A model generated the notes under the pieces. That model was not told where the DNA came from. It searched no databases and saw only the letters and a list, made by a program, of their open reading frames with translations. DNA of 64,000 nt from the sequence record NC_041975.1. One strand, written 5' to 3'. Below are positions 28,811 through 38,348 of this stretch, piece after piece. Position 1 is the first letter of the stretch. Each line of letters begins with the position of its first letter. The position numbers were made by a program, and so were the translations under genes.

Positions 28811-31303
28811 ATGCTGATTAAATTTATTGAGCTATACAATTATCAGCGATTGAAGAACAAAGGCATCAATCGCATCACCATGACCTTCAGTGAAGTGGTG
28901 CAAGTTATTCTGGGTAAGAACGGCAGTGGTAAGTCATCGCTGATTCGCGAGCTCTCACCACTGCCACCTGCGAATGACGAGTATGATAAAGACGGGTACA
29001 AACATATCGTCATCGAACACAAAGGCGCGGAGTATGAGTTGTACTCCCAGCCTGGCTCACCATCACGTCACACCTTTAAGCGTAATGGCGAAGACCTGAA
29101 CGAAAGCATGACCATGAATGCGCAGAAGATCTTGGTGAAAGAACACTTTGGGTACACTGCCGAAATCCATGAAGTCTTGCTGGGGATGGTGAATGGGGTT
29201 TCCTTTACCTCCATGACCCCACAGAAACGCCGTGAGTGGTTCACCTTACTCCACCCAACTGACCTGTCGTATGTCATTGAATTGCATCAGGTGTTAAAGG
29301 TGATGTTGCGTGATGCCAAAGGCGGGATCAAAACCAGCAACCAGCACTTGACGGACCTGTATGGCCAGCGTCAGGAAGGGGTCACGGTTGAAGCACAGCA
29401 AAGTCAACTGGACGATATCCAACACCGACGTGATCGCATTGCACGGTTTATCTCGGATGAGTTAGCCGGGAAGAACTTCAAGCAAGAGCTCGATAACGAC
29501 ATGTACCGGTTGAAAGATATCGGTGAGCGTTTCCAAGCCAACCCGCCATTACTGTCACGCAACTACCGGTCACGGGAAGATATCTTAACCGAGCTGGAGA
29601 ACTGCCGGGCTGAACTGGGTAAGCTGGAGTATGCCCACAAGACCCACAGCAACGAACTGGCTGAGCTTTCAAAGAACGAGATCTTTACCAGCGGTAACGC
29701 TGAGAAAGACAAAGCAGAACTGGAAGCCTCTAAGCTTGCTATTGCTGAGCATCTTGAACAAAGCCGTGCGGCCCATGCGGATGCGATGAACCGTTTAGGG
29801 GATAACCCTTTATGGCAAAAAATGTACAGTATGCCGTTTGAGCAGGTACGGGTGGTGTTATCGCAGGTGGAGAACCTGATCGATCACCTGTTGCGTATGG
29901 TGCCGATGGATGAGCGCAAGAACACCTTGATGTTCTATGACCGTGCCCGTCGCAGTCAGTATGACCTGCAGGTGATGATTGAAGGGTTAGAGCAAGAAGA
30001 CAAGAAGTACAGTCATCAGCTCTCCCATTTCAATTCCGCCGATAAGACCGAGTGTCCGTCGTGTCACCATCGCTGGGTACCGGGAGTATCTGAGCGGCAG
30101 ATGGAAGAAGTCAAGCAGAAGCACAATGCGGTGAACGTGGAACTCACCACAGCCCGGGAGCGACTGGGTCGGTGTAATGCCTACCTTGAAGCCAATGAGA
30201 CCTGGTATCAGGCTGCCAGTGCGTATATCCGCTATACCGAAACCATGCCAGAGTGTCGGGATGTGTTTGAGTGGATGCTGGCGAATGATGTCCTCTATAT
30301 GGCTAACCGGGAATTCGCGGCGATTCTACCGACCATCAAGCACGGGATCTTAAGTCGTGAAGCGTTGGCGAACGACGAGCAGCGTCTGGTGCAGATTGAC
30401 AATAAGCTGAAGCTCTTTACCAACGATGCCATTGAGTGGCATACCCGCCGTTACAACGAGCATGAGACGGCTTTAAGTCAGGTGATCAGTCAGACCCAAG
30501 CAATCAATCACACCATGGCGGTGCTAAAGAAAGATCTGCGTCTGGTTGATGACAGTCTGATGATGGCAGAAGTCGCACGGGTCTCAATGGAAGGGGTGCG
30601 GGTCAATACCGGTAACCTGGCTAAGCAGGCGATTGCCAATACGGCCAATGACGAATACCGGATGTTGGGAGATCAGCACAAATCCATCACTGCAGGGCTC
30701 TATAACGCACGCTCACTGGAGTCAACCATTCTCAGCACTGAATCCCATGTGCAGTCAATGAAAGCCTCTAAGGACGCGCTGGAGCTCTTGGTGAAGGCCA
30801 CCTCACCAACCGAAGGCATTCCGGCTGAACAGTTGTCTGAGTTCATTGAAACCTTTGTCGGTAACATGAACGCGATCATCTCCGATATTTGGGGTGACAA
30901 TCTGCAGATCAAACCGTGTAACATGGAAAACGGCGATCTCTCCTTTAAGTTCCCGTTAATCTCAGGTGACTTTGAAGGCGGAGCGAAAGATGTCTCTGAC
31001 TCCTCAACCGGGGAAGCACAGATCATCAACTACGTCTTCCGGTTAGTGGTGATGCAGTACCTCGGCTTTGAGCAATATCCGTTGGTCATGGATGAAGCGG
31101 GCGCGAACTTCGATGAAGCACACCGTCCGGCATTAATGAACTACATCAAACGCGCCTCAGAGTCTGGGGTCTATTCGCAGATCTTTTTGATCTCTCACTA
31201 TATCGCACAGCACGGTGTATTAACCCATGCAGAAGTCTGCGCTTTGTCGAACGACGGTGTTGCGCTGCCTGAGACATACAACGACCATGTTGTTATCGAG
31301 TAA
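28811..31303 (+). CDS. sbcC: SbcC/Rad50-like SMC ATPase
   Basis: Walker A GKNGSGKS, coiled coils, zinc hook CPSC, signature SSTGE, Walker B LVMDE, H-loop LISH. Confidence 0.92.
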   Translation: MLIKFIELYNYQRLKNKGINRITMTFSEVVQVILGKNGSGKSSLIRELSPLPPANDEYDKDGYKHIVIEHKGAEYELYSQPGSPSRHTFKRNGEDLNESMTMNAQKILVKEHFGYTAEIHEVLLGMVNGVSFTSMTPQKRREWFTLLHPTDLSYVIELHQVLKVMLRDAKGGIKTSNQHLTDLYGQRQEGVTVEAQQSQLDDIQHRRDRIARFISDELAGKNFKQELDNDMYRLKDIGERFQANPPLLSRNYRSREDILTELENCRAELGKLEYAHKTHSNELAELSKNEIFTSGNAEKDKAELEASKLAIAEHLEQSRAAHADAMNRLGDNPLWQKMYSMPFEQVRVVLSQVENLIDHLLRMVPMDERKNTLMFYDRARRSQYDLQVMIEGLEQEDKKYSHQLSHFNSADKTECPSCHHRWVPGVSERQMEEVKQKHNAVNVELTTARERLGRCNAYLEANETWYQAASAYIRYTETMPECRDVFEWMLANDVLYMANREFAAILPTIKHGILSREALANDEQRLVQIDNKLKLFTNDAIEWHTRRYNEHETALSQVISQTQAINHTMAVLKKDLRLVDDSLMMAEVARVSMEGVRVNTGNLAKQAIANTANDEYRMLGDQHKSITAGLYNARSLESTILSTESHVQSMKASKDALELLVKATSPTEGIPAEQLSEFIETFVGNMNAIISDIWGDNLQIKPCNMENGDLSFKFPLISGDFEGGAKDVSDSSTGEAQIINYVFRLVVMQYLGFEQYPLVMDEAGANFDEAHRPALMNYIKRASESGVYSQIFLISHYIAQHGVLTHAEVCALSNDGVALPETYNDHVVIE

Positions 31304-31323
31304 CTAGGCTTAAGGAGTCTATT

Positions 31324-32724
31324 GTGTCGGCTATTCCTGCTAATCTGTATTACGGTCCTGAGGTTCCGGTCGACGCATTGCCTGGTGCAGTGTTTAACGA
31401 CGGTACATGTTTGTATCGCGGAGGTGAACACGGCTGGTTGTATATGTGTCATCTCCACACTGTTTTAAACACTCTCGATTCACCTTTGGCGATGTATGCT
31501 GCTGAACCGAACAACGGCACGATCGCTGAGCTTAATGAACCGTTTGCGGTTTACCATCAAGGTAACTGGCTGGAGTTGGACAAAGACGCCGTGCCGGACT
31601 TGAATGCGACCGTGGTCTTCAAAGATGAACATGTGGGTGCAATCGCCGCCGACAGCAATAGAACCTGTTTGGTGTTTATGGTCGGCGACATCGTAGCGCA
31701 GGTGGCTTTCAAGGTAACACTGTACCTTTGCCATAAAGGCGAAGTGGTGGGGCTTGGTGACTACGACTACGTTAGCGCCGATAATCTACCGCTGCTGCAG
31801 AGAATGATGTTCGGTAACCGGGGAGGGGGTATGGTTGAATACATGGAGCTAGACATCACATCACGGTTTATCGTGAACAAAGGACATTTACCGGAAGTGG
31901 GTGATACCTGGATCGATAACGAGTTCAACGAATACGTGTACAGCGCGACACGGCTGTGGGATCGTATTGGTAAGCTTGCCTTTGTGTATAAAGGTAGCCT
32001 GGCTTCCGGTATCGATGCCTTGCGTCACCCCGGCCCGCATAACACCGGCGACACGTACTTGGTTGACAATTTTGCGTATGTCTATAACAAAATCGTGAAC
32101 CGCTTTGTGGTGTTGCAAGTTGATCCGGGTAACGATAACACACCGTTTGATCTCTATCCTGATGGTGCACTCGAACCCATTCCAATGCAGGGGATCTACC
32201 GGCGCAGTACTGATGCCTTGCCTAGTGAACCCAATGGCTGTGGGTATGTCGTGATTGAGCAAGATGGCAGTCATGTCATCTACAATCAGTACGGATTGCG
32301 TATTGACTGCGATGTGGTGGAAACCACCGAGCGCACCGAGTCCCGCACACCGATGGTGGTGATCGGCGATAACGCGTTGCTGAGGCTTTATTACGAAGCC
32401 AACGACATGGACCCTTGTGAAGGGGACGTCTGGGTGAATGATAAACAGCTCATGACCTTCTTTGCTGGCGAGTGGACGTTATTGCCCGTGGGCCGCCTCT
32501 ACACTGAACGACACCAACCGCTGCGTGATAAAGTTCAGGCATTGCGTGAACTAATTGACAGTGGTCGGTTCAAAAGTGTGATCGATAAAGCCCGAGAGCA
32601 GGAGTTTGAACGCGAGCTGGCCGAATACGACGCTGTCCTCAAACAACCCCAGCTAGAACAAGAACCCAAAGACACTTCTTTCTTTGCACCGATCAAAGCC
32701 TTCTTTAAGCGCTTGATACAGTAA
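31324..32724 (+). CDS. Hypothetical protein with degenerate PxxGDxW repeats and amphipathic C-terminus
   Basis: 466 aa; GTG start with AAGGAG RBS; repeats PEVGDTW, HNTGDTY, PCEGDVW. Confidence 0.75.
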   Translation: MSAIPANLYYGPEVPVDALPGAVFNDGTCLYRGGEHGWLYMCHLHTVLNTLDSPLAMYAAEPNNGTIAELNEPFAVYHQGNWLELDKDAVPDLNATVVFKDEHVGAIAADSNRTCLVFMVGDIVAQVAFKVTLYLCHKGEVVGLGDYDYVSADNLPLLQRMMFGNRGGGMVEYMELDITSRFIVNKGHLPEVGDTWIDNEFNEYVYSATRLWDRIGKLAFVYKGSLASGIDALRHPGPHNTGDTYLVDNFAYVYNKIVNRFVVLQVDPGNDNTPFDLYPDGALEPIPMQGIYRRSTDALPSEPNGCGYVVIEQDGSHVIYNQYGLRIDCDVVETTERTESRTPMVVIGDNALLRLYYEANDMDPCEGDVWVNDKQLMTFFAGEWTLLPVGRLYTERHQPLRDKVQALRELIDSGRFKSVIDKAREQEFERELAEYDAVLKQPQLEQEPKDTSFFAPIKAFFKRLIQ

Positions 32725-32744
32725 AGATCGTAGATCATTTTATT

Positions 32745-32754
32745 CCTACATTAC
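32745..32754 (+). promoter_or_regulatory. Putative early-type phage promoter motif CCTACATTAC
   Basis: Recurs in intergenic DNA at 40045 and 58586 (variant at 54178); resembles the phiKZ early motif TATATTAC. Confidence 0.5.
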
Positions 32755-32781
32755 CAGATTGGTATAGTCATCGAGGTCATC

Positions 32782-33126
32782 ATGTTAGTGATACTACCCC
32801 TCGGTAATTTGGCCGCACGGATTGATCGTGCGCTCCAGGTTACTGATTACGTGTTCTCTGCTGAAGAGATTGCCGAAGCTGCGGTTCATTACATCAACGG
32901 AGATGTGGACTGTGCGCTGGATCAGCTCTTTCGCAAGATCAACGCTTTAGATGAGACCTTTGTTGACTTGCCGTATAACACCCCTTCTGACCAAGTACTG
33001 AAAAAAGTGATTGGTCAGGTAGGGCGTGAAATCAATACCAATCTATTTAACCTCTATCACGACGTCTGTATCCCGCACTTTGTAAGCGCAGGAGAACATC
33101 AAGTCGTGCTAACTGTCGATATGTAG
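32782..33126 (+). CDS. Hypothetical protein
   Basis: 114 aa; GAGG RBS. Confidence 0.7.
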   Translation: MLVILPLGNLAARIDRALQVTDYVFSAEEIAEAAVHYINGDVDCALDQLFRKINALDETFVDLPYNTPSDQVLKKVIGQVGREINTNLFNLYHDVCIPHFVSAGEHQVVLTVDM

Positions 33127-33135
33127 GAGTTACCC

Positions 33136-33624
33136 ATGAGCAGTATTCATCGCGTCTTTTCCACGGACTTACAAACTATCAAAGACACTCCGACGCCGGA
33201 GCTCGAAGATAGTGTTACGGTCGCCCGGAGAATTGCCATGCAGCAACAGCATCAAACGAGTTTCCTGATACTTTTCAAAGAGCGTGCGCGTCAATGCACC
33301 GATGGCTTTGACAAGTGGCGGATGGATAAAACCAACAACCCTCTGTTTGAACAGACGGCACGCCAGCGTTTAGCGGGCATTGCCATCAACATCTACCAGG
33401 AAGTCACCGGTGAGGTGGTCAGCAGCGACACCAGGCACCAGTTGATTAAATGGGCCGAAGACAACAAAGTGATCATCATCAACCATGTGGTCGGCATGCA
33501 GCTGTGGCACCGTATGGTGAACAACACCCCGGCTGAAACCCAGCTGCAGGTGTTCAGTGGTGGTCGGCAAGCCCTGATGTTCTCTTTCAAAATCCCCGGG
33601 GCGAAGCATCCTTATCTTATATAA
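33136..33624 (+). CDS. Hypothetical protein
   Basis: 162 aa; AGGAG RBS. Confidence 0.7.
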   Translation: MSSIHRVFSTDLQTIKDTPTPELEDSVTVARRIAMQQQHQTSFLILFKERARQCTDGFDKWRMDKTNNPLFEQTARQRLAGIAINIYQEVTGEVVSSDTRHQLIKWAEDNKVIIINHVVGMQLWHRMVNNTPAETQLQVFSGGRQALMFSFKIPGAKHPYLI

Positions 33625-33633
33625 GGTGTCGTG

Positions 33634-33963
33634 ATGAAGCTGCAATATCATGCTATCATCCCTATCCCCTCTATGCCGGCTATTTGTCAACAGTACGGTA
33701 TTTCGCGTGAAGGGCTCGTGCGAATGGTATTGGAATACCTGGAGGGGAATGAGTATCAGATGATGAGACGCATCCAAGAACTGCCTGCTGTGACTGACCC
33801 TGACATGACTGAAGCGGTTGTAGCCGCCGTTTCACGTGCCATGTTGGAGTTCCTGGATTCGTTGCCTGAGGTTAGTGCAGGTCAACATATTCGGGATATC
33901 TATTTGATAGCAGCCCATTCATTAACCGCCCATGTCGGATTCGCTGTGTGCGATGACGAGTAG
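33634..33963 (+). CDS. Hypothetical protein
   Basis: AAGGTG RBS; tightly packed with neighbours. Confidence 0.65.
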   Translation: MKLQYHAIIPIPSMPAICQQYGISREGLVRMVLEYLEGNEYQMMRRIQELPAVTDPDMTEAVVAAVSRAMLEFLDSLPEVSAGQHIRDIYLIAAHSLTAHVGFAVCDDE

Positions 33964-33969
33964 ATTCCC

Positions 33970-34380
33970 ATGACCCTTTATAAAGAACATGTGGTGTTGT
34001 GTATTGTCCAATCTGATGCAGCCACCGAAGCCTGGGTCGAGCTATCGCAGCTAGTTTTCGACAACCCGACTTTGATGTTTGATCAGGAAGACTTTACCCG
34101 CCTCCTTAATTTAGCGTTGGCCGATGACCGGGATGAGATGATCAAATACATCCGCACCGCACTCACGATCGACCTAAATATTGAGCTCATTAATTGGCTC
34201 ACAGACAACATGCTTGACATCGCCTATGCTCTTCGCAAATCGTTACCGGTGTTAACACCCACACAACCCGGAGTTGTGGCCAAGTGTGAGTACCTGTCCC
34301 ATTGCAGGCGCAACGTCGTACTAAAAGCTACCATCCTCGAACCTTTACCTAAGGAGCATTTGACAGTTATTCACTTCTGA
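33970..34380 (+). CDS. Hypothetical protein
   Basis: 136 aa; tight operon packing. Confidence 0.65.
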   Translation: MTLYKEHVVLCIVQSDAATEAWVELSQLVFDNPTLMFDQEDFTRLLNLALADDRDEMIKYIRTALTIDLNIELINWLTDNMLDIAYALRKSLPVLTPTQPGVVAKCEYLSHCRRNVVLKATILEPLPKEHLTVIHF

Positions 34381-34454
34381 CTTTGGGAGAAGTGACCAAG
34401 GCCGTGGGGGTATAAGCCTCCACTTAAAGAACCACGACTTCGGTAAAAACCAAA

Positions 34455-35222
34455 ATGAAAACGATCAACGCGATCCTTCACACCCTCGTGCTGTTTGCAC
34501 TTGTCTTCGTTGCACAATCCTCACTGGTCCACGCCTCGACATCAACTGGAAAAGCTGCCGTCCAGTTTAATCAAGCAGGGTGGGATAAATACAAATCCAC
34601 ATTAACCCGAGCCTCGTTAGCATCCGGTGTACCGGTCACTGAGCTCGTGATCTTTACCTCTATTGAGTCTGACTTCGAAGCCAAGGCCCGCAACACAGCC
34701 GGGAGCAATGCAGGCGGACTGACCCAATTCATTCCAAGTACTTGGCGATCGATGGTGCGAACCCACCACAAAAAGTACGGGTTAAGTAAAAACGTGTCTC
34801 GTTTTAATGCCTATGCCAACGCGGCTATGACCGCAGAGTATATTAAGCAGAACAGGAGCCTTCTACAACAGGCACTAAAACGGGAGATCACCACTACCGA
34901 TGTCTATATGGCTCACTTCCTTGGTCCGGGTACTGCAATTCAAGTCCTGAAGGCCAAAGGTAACCGCTCGATCACATCTGTTGTAAAGGCGACAAAAGGA
35001 AATGCCCGCTTGTTTTACAACAAAGGTCGACCATTAACGGTTGCACAGTTTAAAGCCAATATGGCCCGCAAAGTGGCTAACCACCGCCAGGTCTATAAAC
35101 CCGTTGCCGTAAAGTACGCTGTACGCTACGAGGAAAACCAACGTCTCGATGCGCTTATCGCCAAAGTCAATGATAAGCCAGTACGCGTCGGGTTTAGCAC
35201 CGCATACGTCAGGGAAATGTAA
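34455..35222 (+). CDS. Lytic transglycosylase (SLT/gp144-like endolysin) with N-terminal signal peptide
   Basis: SIESDF (catalytic Glu), AGGLTQFIPSTWRSM..HKKYG and DVYMAHFLGPG motifs; N-terminus MKTINAILHTLVLFALVFVAQSSLVHA looks like a Sec signal. Confidence 0.85.
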   Translation: MKTINAILHTLVLFALVFVAQSSLVHASTSTGKAAVQFNQAGWDKYKSTLTRASLASGVPVTELVIFTSIESDFEAKARNTAGSNAGGLTQFIPSTWRSMVRTHHKKYGLSKNVSRFNAYANAAMTAEYIKQNRSLLQQALKREITTTDVYMAHFLGPGTAIQVLKAKGNRSITSVVKATKGNARLFYNKGRPLTVAQFKANMARKVANHRQVYKPVAVKYAVRYEENQRLDALIAKVNDKPVRVGFSTAYVREM

Positions 35223-35253
35223 AAGTTAACATACCTGCACGATAATATACATT

Positions 35254-35285
35254 GGGAGGGGCGCAGGTCTCTCCCTTTTATGCCG
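35254..35285 (+). terminator. Hairpin + TTTTATGCCG
   Basis: GGGAGGGGC/GTCTCTCCC stem after the endolysin gene. Confidence 0.8.
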
Positions 35286-35317
35286 TTTGAATTTATTAAC
35301 CCCCAAGGAGGTTGTGT

Positions 35318-35731
35318 ATGCCTGCGTTATTGCGTGCCGCCAACACCAGTTGTAACACCATCGGCCATGAGTATCACTCCCCGTTAAACGAACAGGTCAT
35401 CATGATCAGCGATAACCAAATGAAAATGTTAATAGCCCTGCCTGCGAGCAAACTGAATCTATTAACACGTAATCCGGTCTACGCTGACAATGGCATTGAA
35501 TCTGTGTTCGTCCATCCCTTGTTTATTGAGATAGCTGGCCTGATCCAGTTAAGTGCCTATGCCAAAGACCCCGCATGGCAGCAGCATGACCTCAGTAGCA
35601 TGATGGTCTACCTTGGGATGGTCGGGCGTAACAATGTTCGTCTGGTTGAAGTAAACGCCCACCTGGCCAGTTGCGGCATGCTCACGTTGCGCCGTAGTGC
35701 CCTTGAGTTTGCCAAACCCGTTATGTCTTAA
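35318..35731 (+). CDS. Hypothetical protein
   Basis: AAGGAGG RBS before ATG 35318. Confidence 0.65.
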   Translation: MPALLRAANTSCNTIGHEYHSPLNEQVIMISDNQMKMLIALPASKLNLLTRNPVYADNGIESVFVHPLFIEIAGLIQLSAYAKDPAWQQHDLSSMMVYLGMVGRNNVRLVEVNAHLASCGMLTLRRSALEFAKPVMS

Positions 35732-35776
35732 TGGACAAACACTTACTATTATCTGTTAATTAATCTGGAGTGCCTT

Positions 35777-36223
35777 ATGATTCAACCTATTAACGTTCCC
35801 GGGATGGTGATCAACCCCGAAGTCTCCCGTGAAGTGATCTTAATGACCAGTGAACAGCTGGACCGTTTCTCGATTGCTGCCTTCGACATGCTGGCGCTGG
35901 GTAATACCGTGTTCAGTGGCGAGTTCGGCAGTTATGTTACGCCGTCACGTGACGAGTTCATGCAGGCTTACCTGCGTCCATTGCAAGCCCCTGACTCGGT
36001 ACGGCGTTACAATGAGATCGATCAAACCCAAGTCGCCTGTCTGGTCGATTCAATTACCCGTAACGAAAAAGGTGATCTGATTGGGCGGGTGATCCCACAT
36101 GGTCCGAATGGTCCGAAACTTGAGAAGCTGTTTAAAGAAAAGAAACAGAAGTTCAAAGTCTTTCCACGACTCAAGTGGGAAAATGGCTGGAAGTTCGTGG
36201 CATTTGATGTGGGGTATAAGTAA
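35777..36223 (+). CDS. Prohead-protease-fold (T4 gp21/phiKZ gp175-like) homologue, apparently lacking catalytic residues
   Basis: GEFG...R...ID...VA...IGRVIPHGPNGPKL..L...F..R pattern; the His of GExGHP and the Ser of SxRS are absent. Confidence 0.55.
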   Translation: MIQPINVPGMVINPEVSREVILMTSEQLDRFSIAAFDMLALGNTVFSGEFGSYVTPSRDEFMQAYLRPLQAPDSVRRYNEIDQTQVACLVDSITRNEKGDLIGRVIPHGPNGPKLEKLFKEKKQKFKVFPRLKWENGWKFVAFDVGYK

Positions 36224-36544
36224 ATGGTACGCGCCGATACAACCATCGCAACAAAAGGAAAGGTTGTGCGCTTGAGTGTCACCGGCTACGGGGTGATGAG
36301 CATGGATGGGGTTATGGTGGATGACCCTAAGCAGCGCGTGAACATGCGCACTGCGCACCCCAGTCAAAGTTCTTACCCACTACCGGGTGAAAAGAAATGG
36401 TACGAAGTTAAACGGGTAGAACAGACAGCCAATGGTTGGTGTTATCCGGTGGTCGGGTTATTTAAGTATCCCGGTGATGCCACAAACTTTATTCAATCCC
36501 TTATTCAGAAATACAAACTCGATCAGGAAAAACCTCATGAGTGA
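36224..36544 (+). CDS. Hypothetical protein
   Basis: 106 aa; translationally coupled to neighbours. Confidence 0.6.
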   Translation: MVRADTTIATKGKVVRLSVTGYGVMSMDGVMVDDPKQRVNMRTAHPSQSSYPLPGEKKWYEVKRVEQTANGWCYPVVGLFKYPGDATNFIQSLIQKYKLDQEKPHE

Positions 36545-37016
36545 AATTACCGTAAAAGTTGTTGGTCCAATTCAAGCGGGTAAAACCGCAATCGCCTCTT
36601 TATTGGACAATGCCCTGCGTGCGAATGGCATCACAGCAAAGATCCAGTCTGACTCGGCGTTGTCTTATCTGCGTGAGGCTAAGAACCACGTTCCAACCAA
36701 TGTCAGCGTCACGATCATTGACGGCACCACTGACGGTGTACGTGAATTTGGCAACAGTGATGATGTCATTCCAATCCGCGGTCGCATCATGGGTATCGAA
36801 GTCCAACCGGTCAAATACACTCCCGCTGAAGCGACAGTGGTTGCACTGGCCGATGCTAATGCCTTTGCAGTGTATCGCCGTGAATGGCTGAACAATGCTT
36901 CGATGGCCGTCTGGGTGGGTGACTTCCACGTTGAGAGCGATGCCATTGACTGCGCCAACACCTTGGCTGAGAAATACGGCACCATCGCTGACTTCCTTTA
37001 TAAGGCAGGTTTGTAA
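36537..37016 (+). CDS. Small protein with N-terminal Walker A-like motif
   Basis: ITVKVVGPIQAGKT (GxxxxGKT); AGGA RBS. Confidence 0.65.
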   Translation: MSEITVKVVGPIQAGKTAIASLLDNALRANGITAKIQSDSALSYLREAKNHVPTNVSVTIIDGTTDGVREFGNSDDVIPIRGRIMGIEVQPVKYTPAEATVVALADANAFAVYRREWLNNASMAVWVGDFHVESDAIDCANTLAEKYGTIADFLYKAGL

Positions 37017-37018
37017 CC

Positions 37019-37288
37019 ATGCATCAGTTTACTCCTGAGATGAAAGAAACGTTAAACGAACTCGAGCGTGAGTTAGCCCACATTCGTTTAACGCAACCGA
37101 ACCGGATTAACACACTGATCAAAACCAAGTGTTTTAGCCTGGCCCGGAAAACAAAGTCACCGCACGTCAAACGGGTTCTGCAGTCAATTACCGCTACCTC
37201 GTTGTCGGTTGTAAAGTTAGAAGAAGTTCTGAAGCTTTACCATGAAGTGGATAGTGGTGAAGTGGAACTCTCTATCCAGCAGGTTTGA
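37019..37288 (+). CDS. Hypothetical protein
   Basis: 89 aa; operon packing. Confidence 0.6.
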   Translation: MHQFTPEMKETLNELERELAHIRLTQPNRINTLIKTKCFSLARKTKSPHVKRVLQSITATSLSVVKLEEVLKLYHEVDSGEVELSIQQV

Positions 37289-37761
37289 GGGGGGTAGAGT
37301 GGCGTTGGCTTTCGATTCTTAACGAGTCGGACTTCAACGCAATGACCTTCCTCGCGGTGAAACAATACCACGCTCAGTCTATCTATTGGAAACGACTGGG
37401 TGTGGATTGGAACACCCCTAAGCCTGAGACTGTCCACAAGTTTATGGCGACCTATGTAAAGAATGCCCCGATCAAACTGATGATCCGTAACGCGGATGCG
37501 GTAATGATTGGGTTTGCACTACTCAGTACCGAACGCACGGATAAAGGACTTGTCTGTCACATCGACGAGGTGTTTATCGACGAACCCTATCGTAATAAGG
37601 GCATTGGTAAGAAAACGCTTATTAGGATTAAACGGCACGCCGAAAAACAGAAGATCGCTGCATTGACCTTGAACGTCAGTGCTGCCAATCCCGTTCGCGC
37701 ACTTTATGAACGTATGGGGTTTGAACCAGTGCAGGTGAAATACCAGATGCGGCTGGGCTGA
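37285..37761 (+). CDS. GNAT-family acetyltransferase
   Basis: HIDEVFIDEPYRNKGIGKKTL (acetyl-CoA motif A) and LNVSAANPVRALYERMGF (motif B). Start uncertain (TTG 37285 or ATG 37342). Confidence 0.88.
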   Translation: MRGVEWRWLSILNESDFNAMTFLAVKQYHAQSIYWKRLGVDWNTPKPETVHKFMATYVKNAPIKLMIRNADAVMIGFALLSTERTDKGLVCHIDEVFIDEPYRNKGIGKKTLIRIKRHAEKQKIAALTLNVSAANPVRALYERMGFEPVQVKYQMRLG

Positions 37762-37779
37762 CCTAGTGAGGAGTTTGTC

Positions 37780-38334
37780 GTGTCTATCTATCGCATTGAA
37801 ATCCACCCGAACGCCACCAGTGGTCTTACGGTACTTGTCAGCACGGCTGAAGGTATACGGCGGCTGGCATTAGTGGAAGGGTGCCCGGAACAGGGAGCGT
37901 TTGTAGTTATACGGGATAAGGTTATACGGTTCTATCATTGGGATGTACGACGGGAAGAAGACCGGGCGTTGTTCAATGCAGACGGTTTGGCACGGAACAC
38001 ACTGGTTGGGATCGAAGCCTTGTTGTGTAAGAACAAAGATTGGGGGTTTGGTGGGACGCGCTTCCTGGCGTTTATGACAGGGTGCTTAAAACACCGCTGG
38101 AACGAGTACAGCAACACGCGGGGGTTTATCCGAGCAGAACATCATCATTTGGTGCACACTCGCGTAGATCGCCGTGAGGAGCGTGTATTCGTGACATTAG
38201 GGGACTGGGCGCAACACGCACCGTGGAACTTGCGCCTGGACCGTAAAACCCCCTATTCAACGAAATTCAGAGAGGTGGTTGAACGCCTCGTCCGTCAGGA
38301 GTTCGACTTACCGGCGGTCTTTGACATTAATTAA
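37780..38334 (+). CDS. Hypothetical protein
   Basis: GTG start with GAGGAG RBS. Confidence 0.65.
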   Translation: MSIYRIEIHPNATSGLTVLVSTAEGIRRLALVEGCPEQGAFVVIRDKVIRFYHWDVRREEDRALFNADGLARNTLVGIEALLCKNKDWGFGGTRFLAFMTGCLKHRWNEYSNTRGFIRAEHHHLVHTRVDRREERVFVTLGDWAQHAPWNLRLDRKTPYSTKFREVVERLVRQEFDLPAVFDIN

Positions 38335-38348
38335 CCTAAGGTGCTTTC

